From IMG/VR virus record IMGVR_UViG_3300032301_000652, positions 1 through 25,062 of that record: a stretch of 25,062 nt of DNA, one strand, 5' to 3'. Positions 17,980 to 25,062 of this stretch are shown one piece after another. The first letter of the stretch is position 1, and each line of letters begins with the position of its first letter. Both the position numbers and the translations under genes were made by a program. The notes under the pieces are model-generated. The model ran no database searches. It was given only the letters and a program-made list of their open reading frames with translations, and had not been told where the DNA came from. The stretch comes from a virus. Taxonomy: Duplodnaviria; Caudoviricetes.

Positions 17980-18419
17980 GCGTCGTTCAAGAACCTGTTG
18001 TGAATTGGACACCTGACCAAATGGTTGAAGTGATCCTGAATGAACCTGATGACTTTCTGAAAGTTCGTGAGACTTTGACACGTATCGGAGTTGCTTCACG
18101 CAAGGAAAAGAAAATCTATCAATCTTGCCATATTCTTCATAAGCAAGGTAGATACTATCTCGTGCATTTTAAAGAATTGTTTGCACTTGATGGAAAACAT
18201 GCTAATCTTACTGTAAATGATGTTCAGCGTCGTAACCGTATCGCCCAACTTATTGCAGATTGGGGTCTGGTAGAAATCGTTGATGTTTCTAAGATTTCTG
18301 ATATTGCACCACTCAATCAAATCAAAGTCCTTGCTTATAAGGACAAAGGGGATTGGATTTTGGAAACCAAGTATAATATTGGTGCAAAGAAGAAGCGGGT
18401 GGAAGAGGAAACCGAATAA
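17976..18419 (+). CDS. regA: Translational repressor RegA
   Basis: PDDFLKVRETLTRIGVAS, QSCHILHKQGRYYLVHFKELFALDG. Confidence 0.97.
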   Translation: MSVVQEPVVNWTPDQMVEVILNEPDDFLKVRETLTRIGVASRKEKKIYQSCHILHKQGRYYLVHFKELFALDGKHANLTVNDVQRRNRIAQLIADWGLVEIVDVSKISDIAPLNQIKVLAYKDKGDWILETKYNIGAKKKRVEEETE

Positions 18420-18425
18420 GAAAGT

Positions 18426-18451
18426 GGGGGGGTTGCAATACCCCCTTTTTT
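18426..18451 (+). terminator. regA terminator
   Basis: G7-TTGCAATA-C5-T6. Confidence 0.8.
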
Positions 18452-18470
18452 GTGCTATTATGTATAAATA
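18433..18470 (+). promoter_or_regulatory. Tandem sigma70-type and late promoters
   Basis: TTGCAA, 17 nt, TATTAT (18456); TATAAATA at 18463-18470. Confidence 0.7.
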
Positions 18471-18473
18471 AAT

Positions 18474-18565
18474 TGTCTACTATGTCAGTTGAGTAGTAGA
18501 TACCTGTTGTGGAAACACTCAGGTGGGATATGTTCCCATAACAACTAACAAGTCGAAAGACAGTT
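18474..18565 (+). ncRNA. Putative structured leader RNA of unknown family
   Basis: Four consecutive hairpins, two with GAAA tetraloops, and an alternative 12/13-bp stem; folded by eye. Confidence 0.55.
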
Positions 18566-18585
18566 AACGAATTTAAAGAGGTAAC

Positions 18586-20193
18586 ATGACTAGAGAAATG
18601 AAACCGAATAATGCGTATGCGCATTTCGCTTCTAATTTTGAAAAAACTATTAACAGTTCATTATTTACAGAACCTAAAGTAAAAGTTTTTATTTTACAAA
18701 CTGGTGGGGGAAAATCATATTATCAAGATAAGGAAATGCCTTTAGTTCTTAAGAATGCATTTCCCACTATCAAATACATTTTTAGGTTATCTCCAACAAG
18801 AGAAGTTGCATATGATGGGACATTTGCCAATGTTGAAGAACTATCCAAAAAAGATGAGTTTAATTTTACTTTCATAGATGATCCAGCAAGTAACAGTATT
18901 TTGGATGCTATTGGAAAGATACCAAAAACAGTTCTTTGTGTTTCTTGTACTCATACTTACTTCACTACTAATTTTGAAAGACTACTAAAATATGCTAAAC
19001 AATCTGTTTTAATTATTGAAGAAGCTCATCAATTCATTGGATGTGCTGATGCTGGTAGAGATGCATATATTGTTAATTTTGGATATTCTTCAGAATACAC
19101 TGCGGAAACTTGGGAAAGAATTTCACGATGGAGAGATGTAAATCCTAGAATTTTGGGATTTACTGCCACTGCTACTGAACATCATAAAGGTAACGACAAA
19201 TTAACTGATCAGTTTGAAATTTGTGGTAAACTTGCACCATTAGAAGATATCCTACCCTCACAATCTTGGTTAAATGTACCAAAATCATACAGTTTTACTA
19301 AAACACAGGGGACTGATTCAATTAAACCTGCAGTTCAAGAGAGTATTGAATTGCTCTTTAAACGTGAAGAAATTTTATTTAAATTAAAAGAATCTGATCC
19401 AAATATTAATACCAAACTTAGTGCATTTTATGTATGTGGAGATTCTAGGGGAATTTGGGGATGTTCTATTACGGAAACCCGAGAAATAATTGCCGATTAT
19501 CTTTTAACAGAAGGATTTGGTAATTCTTCAGATAAGATGATTGCTACTATGGTAGAAAATAGTAGCGGTGGAAATACCATTTGGGGGTTGGATGGATCTA
19601 GAGAGAATGTTGCAACTTCTTCTGAATTATTTGCCAGATTACAAGATCCAAATGATCCAGTTAGATTTCTTCTTGTGATTAATAGGGGTAGGTCTGGAAT
19701 TAATGTCCATAATTTGACAGCAGCTGTTGTGTGTCGTGTTCGTGATCCTAAAGAAATTAAAACACCAATACCCATTCAAATTTTTGGAAGAATGGTGAGA
19801 TTAAATGTTGGAACTGGCGACATCATTCGTAAAGAATATATTAATAATCTTGACAATTATTTGAAATATTATTCTCAAGATTATAATGTAGACATTAAAA
19901 CTGTAATTGAAACTATTAAGATTTCAAATGTTTTTGATATTTGGCATCCTAGTAATAATAAGGCAAAAAGAACTTGGGAAGAATCATTAGAAGAATTTGA
20001 AAGGGATTATGTTAATACCACCCAAAAAGGTTTTGATTATCTTTATAAGTTTACTGGTGTCGAAAAACCCAATTGTATGAATCACATTGTTAACAATGAA
20101 CTTCCATTAAATTGTCCTTATTGTGGAGAATCTATTGAAGATAAAATATCTGAATGGGAAACTTCTGGAGCACTTGATAAATTCTTCGTATAA
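18586..20193 (+). CDS. SF2 helicase/ATPase (ResIII-like), atypical EEAH motif II
   Basis: LQTGGGKS, LSPT, IIEEAHQ, GFTATA, SGINV, QIFGRMVR; C-terminal CPYC; RBS GAGGT. Confidence 0.85.
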   Translation: MTREMKPNNAYAHFASNFEKTINSSLFTEPKVKVFILQTGGGKSYYQDKEMPLVLKNAFPTIKYIFRLSPTREVAYDGTFANVEELSKKDEFNFTFIDDPASNSILDAIGKIPKTVLCVSCTHTYFTTNFERLLKYAKQSVLIIEEAHQFIGCADAGRDAYIVNFGYSSEYTAETWERISRWRDVNPRILGFTATATEHHKGNDKLTDQFEICGKLAPLEDILPSQSWLNVPKSYSFTKTQGTDSIKPAVQESIELLFKREEILFKLKESDPNINTKLSAFYVCGDSRGIWGCSITETREIIADYLLTEGFGNSSDKMIATMVENSSGGNTIWGLDGSRENVATSSELFARLQDPNDPVRFLLVINRGRSGINVHNLTAAVVCRVRDPKEIKTPIPIQIFGRMVRLNVGTGDIIRKEYINNLDNYLKYYSQDYNVDIKTVIETIKISNVFDIWHPSNNKAKRTWEESLEEFERDYVNTTQKGFDYLYKFTGVEKPNCMNHIVNNELPLNCPYCGESIEDKISEWETSGALDKFFV

Positions 20194-20207
20194 CCGAATA
20201 AAAATGA

Positions 20208-20233
20208 GCGGGGAACAACACCTCGCCTTTTTT
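20208..20233 (+). terminator. Rho-independent terminator
   Basis: GCGGGG-AACAACA-CCTCGC then T run. Confidence 0.65.
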
Positions 20234-20251
20234 ATGTTCTCCAATATATAC

Positions 20252-20311
20252 TAATGATGTTGCCTTCGGGGACATTATTAACTTACAGACGCTTTAAGGA
20301 GGTCTATCATG
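20252..20311 (+). promoter_or_regulatory. Structured hsp20 5' UTR
   Basis: C(UUCG)G hairpin 20252-20280; second hairpin 20287-20305 pairing the GGAGG SD. Confidence 0.55.
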
Positions 20312-20752
20312 TTTGGGACAAGTTCACTTACACTCTCAGTACCAGAAACTGCAAAGTATCTGATGGAGATTCAAAGAAATAGTATTGGAATGGATGAGTG
20401 GTTTAAAAGGTTTGATACTGCGTTTGAGACGCATACGAACTATCCACCATATAATTTAATCAAAGAAAGTAGTGTTGATTTTAGATTAGAAATTGCACTT
20501 GCTGGGTATAAGAGAAAAGATATTGAAGTCACCACCGAATGGAATAAACTTTTTGTACAAGCAAAGAAAGTGGATGATTCTGAAGACCAATATCTACATC
20601 AGGGATTGGCAAAGAGAGCATTCACACGCACCTGGACTCTTTCTGATGATGTAGAAGTTAAAGATGTTTCTTATATCGATGGACTACTGACCGTCAAATT
20701 AAATAGAGTTATTCCAGAGCATCAGAAGAGAAAGGTTTATCAACTTAACTAA
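20309..20752 (+). CDS. hsp20: Small heat shock protein (Hsp20/IbpA family)
   Basis: NYPPYNL, LEIALAG, YLHQGLAKRAFTRTWTL, DGLLTVKL. Confidence 0.96.
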   Translation: MFGTSSLTLSVPETAKYLMEIQRNSIGMDEWFKRFDTAFETHTNYPPYNLIKESSVDFRLEIALAGYKRKDIEVTTEWNKLFVQAKKVDDSEDQYLHQGLAKRAFTRTWTLSDDVEVKDVSYIDGLLTVKLNRVIPEHQKRKVYQLN

Positions 20753-20781
20753 ATAACATTGAGCTAACTATCGTTGTCGCA

Positions 20782-20823
20782 AGGAGGAAACTGGCAAAAT
20801 CCAGTTGCACCTCCTCTTTTTTT
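20782..20823 (+). terminator. hsp20 terminator
   Basis: AGGAGG-a-AACTGG-CAAAAT-CCAGTT-gca-CCTCCT plus T7. Confidence 0.8.
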
Positions 20824-20833
20824 GTGCTATACT
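20805..20833 (+). promoter_or_regulatory. sigma70-type promoter for the gp43 operon
   Basis: TTGCAC, 17 nt, TATACT with extended TG. Confidence 0.75.
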
Positions 20834-20854
20834 GACTTGAGAGGAAACCTAAAA

Positions 20855-21190
20855 ATGTCCGTAAAAATCGCTCTATTGAAATCTGGAGAATCAGTAATTG
20901 CTGATATAAAGGAATTGATTTCTGAAGAAAAAGTATGTGGTTATCTTTTTACGAATCCGCATAAGATGCAAGTTAACAATTCATTGTTCTTGACTGAACA
21001 ACCAGTGGAATCTGAAGATAGTGTTGTTAGTATTACATTTTCTTCTTGGATTATGTTTACTAGTGATGATGAGATTCCGGTGCGTCCTGATTGGATTGTG
21101 ACCATAGTTGAACCAATCAAAGCTCTTAAAAAAATGTATGAGGAAAAGGTAAATGGAAAAGCAAGTGAAGTGTCTTCTTCTGAAGATTGA
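20855..21190 (+). CDS. Conserved cyanophage hypothetical protein
   Basis: MSVKIALLKSGESVIADI...DWIVTIVEP; RBS GAGG; start corrected to 20855. Confidence 0.8.
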   Translation: MSVKIALLKSGESVIADIKELISEEKVCGYLFTNPHKMQVNNSLFLTEQPVESEDSVVSITFSSWIMFTSDDEIPVRPDWIVTIVEPIKALKKMYEEKVNGKASEVSSSED

Positions 21191-21410
21191 CACTGTATTG
21201 ATTACTGAAATTGTTGAAGTTGGATCTGAACTTGGGGAACCTGATTGTAGATTAATTAATCCTTATAAGTTTTTTGGTGAAAATGACCTTCGCCGTTGGA
21301 CTGAAGGTATTACTAATCAAACTGAATTTATGATTCATTCTGATAGTATTCTTACAATTGCAGATCCAACTCCTGAAATTATTGAAAAGTATCTTGAACT
21401 AACTAACTGA
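21153..21410 (+). CDS. Conserved cyanophage hypothetical protein
   Basis: ELGEPDCRLINPY...SDSILTIADP; precedes gp43. Confidence 0.8.
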   Translation: MEKQVKCLLLKIDTVLITEIVEVGSELGEPDCRLINPYKFFGENDLRRWTEGITNQTEFMIHSDSILTIADPTPEIIEKYLELTN

Positions 21411-22693
21411 TGTCGTATCGCTTCTATACAAACGTACAGATGGTCGGGGATCACTTCTTAGTTCGTGGTTATGAAAATGGAAAAAATTTCATGACTCGTG
21501 AGAAGTTTTACCCGACTCTTTTTGTCCCTTCAAAAAAGAATACTGAATATAAAACACTTAATGGTGAATATGTTGAACCAGTTCAACCTGGAACTGTAAG
21601 GGAATGTAGAGATTTTATTAAAAAGTATGAAGGTATAGATGGATTTAATATTTCTGGAAATGATAGGTATATTTACCAATACATCTCGGAGATTTATCCA
21701 GAAGATGAGGTAAAGTTTGATATTAGTAAGATTAAAGTAACTACAATTGACATTGAAGTTGCTTCTGAAAATGGATTTCCTGATGTTGAAAGTTCAGCGG
21801 AAGAAGTATTGCTCATTACACTTCAAGACTATAATACAAAACAGATTAATACTTGGGGACTTGGTAAATTTGACAATCAACAGAGTAATGTAAATTATCG
21901 TTCTTTTGATAATGAACATGATTTACTAAATGCATTTATTCATTGGTGGATGATTGAAGAGAATACTCCAGAAGTTATTACTGGTTGGAATAGTGAATTA
22001 TACGATATTCCATATCTGGTTCGTCGTATAGATCGTATTTTAGGTGAAAAACTCATGAAGCGTATGTCTCCATGGGGACTAGTAACTGAAAGTGAAACTT
22101 ATATCTCTGGTCGTAAGCATATTTCTTATGATATTGGTGGAATAAGTCAACTTGATTATTTGAAACTCTATAAGAAGTTTACTTATAAAACACAGGAATC
22201 TTATCGTCTTGATCATATTGCAAGTGTGGAACTTGGACAACAAAAATTGGATCACAGTGAGTTTGATACGTTTAAAGATTTCTATACCAAAGGTTGGCAG
22301 AAATTTGTAGAATACAACATCAAGGACGTTGAACTTGTTGACCGTATGGAAGACAAGATGAAACTGATTGAACTTGCAATTACAATGGCATATGATGCTA
22401 AGGCAAACTATGCTGATGTGTTTTCTCAAGTTCGTATGTGGGATACAATTATCTACAACTATCTGAAAAAAAGAAATATTGTGATTCCTCCAAATGTGAG
22501 GTCTGATAAAGATTCTAAGTATGCTGGTGCTTATGTAAAGGAACCAATTCCTGGTGTGTATGATTATGTTGTCAATTTCGATTTGAATTCACTTTATCCT
22601 CATCTTATTATGCAATATGCAATATCTCCAGAAACGCTTATAGAAAAAGATGAACTTAATAAAAGAATTGCTGAACTTGAAAGTATGCTATAA
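21410..22693 (+). CDS. gp43: DNA polymerase gp43, N-terminal subunit (exonuclease plus motif A)
   Basis: ExoI DIEV, ExoII GWNSELYD, ExoIII YNIKD, motif A FDLNSLYP, then stop after an extra helix. Confidence 0.95.
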   Translation: MSYRFYTNVQMVGDHFLVRGYENGKNFMTREKFYPTLFVPSKKNTEYKTLNGEYVEPVQPGTVRECRDFIKKYEGIDGFNISGNDRYIYQYISEIYPEDEVKFDISKIKVTTIDIEVASENGFPDVESSAEEVLLITLQDYNTKQINTWGLGKFDNQQSNVNYRSFDNEHDLLNAFIHWWMIEENTPEVITGWNSELYDIPYLVRRIDRILGEKLMKRMSPWGLVTESETYISGRKHISYDIGGISQLDYLKLYKKFTYKTQESYRLDHIASVELGQQKLDHSEFDTFKDFYTKGWQKFVEYNIKDVELVDRMEDKMKLIELAITMAYDAKANYADVFSQVRMWDTIIYNYLKKRNIVIPPNVRSDKDSKYAGAYVKEPIPGVYDYVVNFDLNSLYPHLIMQYAISPETLIEKDELNKRIAELESML

Positions 22694-22740
22694 TATAAAT
22701 AGGATATAGATAGTTTATAAGTAAAGGTTAGTATCCTATG
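22686..22740 (+). promoter_or_regulatory. Extended -10, late promoter and start-occluding hairpin
   Basis: TGCTATAAT 22686-22694; TATAAATA 22694-22701; ATAGGATAT (22699-22707) pairs with GTATCCTAT (22731-22739). Confidence 0.65.
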
Positions 22741-23265
22741 TATGTTTATCAATATAAGGAAGATGTAAATGTGTTCTATGTTGGTATGGGGCAAGGTTAT
22801 AGAATGTGGTCTCATTTAAAACCAAGTTCTTATATGCCATATGATGCAAATTATCCTTCTTTTTATGGAAAAATAAAATCTATGATTTTAAATGGGACTG
22901 AACCTTGTGTTGAAAAGATTTTTGAAGGAACAAAAGAAGAATGTCTAAACCTTGAAAAAGAACTTATTAAAAAATATAAGTTGATTGACGAGGGGGGCAC
23001 ACTCTACAACATTTCTAAAAGTGGTGGGGGTCGTGTAAAAGGAAAATCATATCCTATGAGTGAAAATACTTTGAAAAGATTTAGGGAAACTAGGAAACAA
23101 AGTAGGACTTACAAAATTGAAAGTGAAGATTTGAGAAAAATGTATCTTATTGAAAATAAGACAAGAAAACAAATTGCCGAACATTATAATTGTAGTGAGG
23201 TATTAATCAAACAAAGATTAAAGGAATTTGGAATTAAAAAGTCCACTAAAATTATGGAGAATTGA
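22738..23265 (+). CDS. GIY-YIG-family homing endonuclease inserted in gp43
   Basis: YVY...FYVGMG..YR..SH, LEKELI, LYN; NUMOD3-like MSENTLKRF; C-terminal HTH RKQIAEHYNCSEVLIKQRL. Confidence 0.85.
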   Translation: MYVYQYKEDVNVFYVGMGQGYRMWSHLKPSSYMPYDANYPSFYGKIKSMILNGTEPCVEKIFEGTKEECLNLEKELIKKYKLIDEGGTLYNISKSGGGRVKGKSYPMSENTLKRFRETRKQSRTYKIESEDLRKMYLIENKTRKQIAEHYNCSEVLIKQRLKEFGIKKSTKIMEN

Positions 23266-23266
23266 G

Positions 23267-24613
23267 ATGTGGAAAGATGTTCGTAAAATGTCCCGTGAGG
23301 AAATTGTAGAAGAACTTGAGGCACTTAAACAGGTAAGAGAACTTACTACAAAGGTGAGTGTAGACAAACTTCTCAAACAAGAGTTGGATTTAACACCACT
23401 AAAAAAAGTAAATCTTACTATGACTGCGAATGGGGCACTCTACCGCAGGGTAAAGGGATTTCTTCCCGAACTGATGGAGAAAATCTATAAGGATCGCACC
23501 ATCTATAAGAAGAAAATGATTGAGGCAAAGCAACAATATGAGAAAAAGAAAACCAAAGCATTGGAAAAGGAGATTGCAAGATGTAATAACATCCAAATGG
23601 CAAGGAAGATTCAACTTAATAGTGCTTATGGTGCTATTGGCAATCAGTACTTCCGTTATTTTAAACTAGCAAATGCTGAGGCAATCACTCTTTCTGGGCA
23701 AGTTTCAATTCGTTGGATTGAAGAAAAAATTAATAACTACTTAAACAAAATTCTTAAAACTAAGGACTTTGATTATGTCATTGCTTCTGATACTGACTCC
23801 ATCTATCTTAATATGGGTCCTTTGGTGGAGACTGTATATAAGGGAAGAGAAAAGACTACTGAAAGTATTGTCTCTTTTCTTGATAAGGTTGCTAAGGTAG
23901 AACTTGAAAAGTATATTGAAAGTTGTTACCAAGAATTGGCAGACTATGTGAATGCATATGATCAGAAGATGCAGATGAAGCGAGAGAATATTGCTGATCG
24001 TGGAATCTGGACTGCTAAAAAACGGTACATTTTGAATGTATGGGATAGTGAAGGTGTTCGTTATGATGAACCTAAACTGAAAATGATGGGAATTGAGGCA
24101 GTTAAATCTTCCACTCCCGCCCCTTGCCGTCAGATGATTAAGGATGGTTTAAAGATTATGATGAGTGGCACTGAAGATGAAGTTATTGATTACATTGATA
24201 AGTGTCGGTCTCAGTTTAAAAAACTTCCACCAGAACAGATTGCTTTTCCAAGAACTGCTTCTGATGTTCGTAAGTATCGTTCCCATTCTGACATTTATGT
24301 AAAAGGAACTCCGATTCATATTCGTGGAGCACTTCTCTTCAATCATTATATTAAGGAGAAGAACTTGACCAATAAATATTCACTTATTAATAATGGTGAA
24401 AAGATTAAATTTATCTATCTTAAAAAACCAAATATAATTAGAGAAAATATCATCTCATTTATTCAAGATTTTCCTACAGAACTTGGTCTTGACAAATACA
24501 TTGATTATGAATTACAATTTGAAAAGAGTTTTCTTGATCCATTGAAATCAATTCTCGATTCAATTGGATGGAGAGTTGAAAAAACTATTAACCTTGATTC
24601 ATTTTTCTCTTAA
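23267..24613 (+). CDS. gp43: DNA polymerase gp43, C-terminal subunit (fingers, palm, thumb)
   Basis: RBS GGAG then ATG 23267; motif B KIQLNSAYG, motif C SDTDS, KKRY, clamp-binding tail NLDSFFS. Confidence 0.95.
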   Translation: MWKDVRKMSREEIVEELEALKQVRELTTKVSVDKLLKQELDLTPLKKVNLTMTANGALYRRVKGFLPELMEKIYKDRTIYKKKMIEAKQQYEKKKTKALEKEIARCNNIQMARKIQLNSAYGAIGNQYFRYFKLANAEAITLSGQVSIRWIEEKINNYLNKILKTKDFDYVIASDTDSIYLNMGPLVETVYKGREKTTESIVSFLDKVAKVELEKYIESCYQELADYVNAYDQKMQMKRENIADRGIWTAKKRYILNVWDSEGVRYDEPKLKMMGIEAVKSSTPAPCRQMIKDGLKIMMSGTEDEVIDYIDKCRSQFKKLPPEQIAFPRTASDVRKYRSHSDIYVKGTPIHIRGALLFNHYIKEKNLTNKYSLINNGEKIKFIYLKKPNIIRENIISFIQDFPTELGLDKYIDYELQFEKSFLDPLKSILDSIGWRVEKTINLDSFFS

Positions 24614-24750
24614 TGGAACTACCTATCAGCGATAAAGAACTTGAGACTATTCTTAGTGCTTTAAGATTGGGGGGAGATACTTCACTGTATCAAAAATTAT
24701 GGAGTTATAGAATGAATAATTTAAATAAAAATGCAGAAAAGGGGGATTAA
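24613..24750 (+). CDS. Small hypothetical protein, 45 aa (not in ORF track)
   Basis: TAATG overlap; MELPISDKELETILSALRLGGDTSLYQKLWSYRMNNLNKNAEKGD. Confidence 0.7.
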   Translation: MELPISDKELETILSALRLGGDTSLYQKLWSYRMNNLNKNAEKGD

Positions 24751-24753
24751 TTT

Positions 24754-25062
24754 ATGGATTTTTTTCTTAAAGATATTGTAAAAGAAATTGGCGGAGAATA
24801 CACACAATTGGCATCAGAGATTGATGAAACTGAAACATATGTGGATACTGGCAGCTACATTTTTAACGCTCTTGTATCTGGTAGCATCTTTGGTGGGGTT
24901 TCTGGCAACAAGATTACTGCAATTGCAGGTGAAAGTAGCACTGGAAAAACTTTCTTCAGTCTTGCCGTCGTTAAGAATTTCCTTGATAATAATCCTACTG
25001 GATACTGTTTGTATTTTGATACTGAAGCAGCAATCACAAAATCCCTTTTGGAAGGTAGGGGA
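24754..25062 (+). CDS. uvsX: UvsX RecA-like recombinase (3'-partial)
   Basis: MDFFLKDIVKEIG...DTGSYIFNALVSG...Walker A GESSTGKT...FDTEAA. Confidence 0.95.
   Translation, partial: MDFFLKDIVKEIGGEYTQLASEIDETETYVDTGSYIFNALVSGSIFGGVSGNKITAIAGESSTGKTFFSLAVVKNFLDNNPTGYCLYFDTEAAITKSLLEGRG

Larger units (their letters stand above)
18410..20201 (+). repeat. 10-bp direct repeat AACCGAATAA bounding the helicase cassette
   Basis: Copies at 18410-18419 and 20192-20201, each followed by a terminator hairpin. Confidence 0.65.

Noticed and set aside
18474-18565. tRNA, hammerhead or c-di-GMP riboswitch identity for the leader
   Set aside because: No cloverleaf or T-loop, no CUGANGA core, no GEMM consensus visible
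20770-20823. glnA-type riboswitch suggested by ATCGTT and GGAAACTGG
   Set aside because: No closing P1 partner or three-way junction; explained by a terminator with an embedded promoter
11764-23266. Upstream-extended starts in the ORF track (11764, 13451, 20774, 23228; also 2961)
   Set aside because: Downstream ATGs match family N-termini, RBS position or stop-start overlaps better
22640-23360. Group I intron interrupting gp43
   Set aside because: Almost no non-coding space and no recognisable P7/R-S elements; the downstream half has its own RBS and ATG
22620-23360. Split intein in gp43
   Set aside because: No Cys/Ser-initiated N-intein block and no HN-[CST] C-terminal junction in either extension
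21410-24613. gp43 as a pseudogene
   Set aside because: All exonuclease and polymerase motifs are intact in two clean ORFs
491-25037. Minus-strand and nested alternate-frame ORFs in the track
   Set aside because: They overlap well-supported plus-strand genes and show no recognisable motifs; treated as shadow ORFs

Overview
AT-rich, all-plus-strand segment of a T4-like (cyanomyovirus-type) phage genome covering the replication/recombination module: uvsW (partial), gp55, gp47, gp46, a peptidase-vWA protein, a CobS-like AAA+ ATPase, gp45, gp44, gp62, regA, hsp20, gp43 and uvsX (partial). Several accessory insertions interrupt this backbone. (1) The DNA polymerase gene is split just after motif A by a free-standing GIY-YIG endonuclease. 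There is no intron or intein; instead each half carries a new amphipathic helical extension. (2) Between regA and hsp20 lies a cassette bounded by a 10-bp direct repeat. It holds a ~95-nt highly structured leader RNA and an atypical SF2 helicase (EEAH motif II) whose C-terminus mimics the polymerase clamp-binding tail. (3) Three HNH-type endonucleases are present, with insertion scars. (4) Two paralogous modular late proteins flank the vWA gene. (5) A palindromic element recurs 50-52 bp upstream of three -10 boxes. All assignments come from motif recognition by eye; no searches or folding programs were run.
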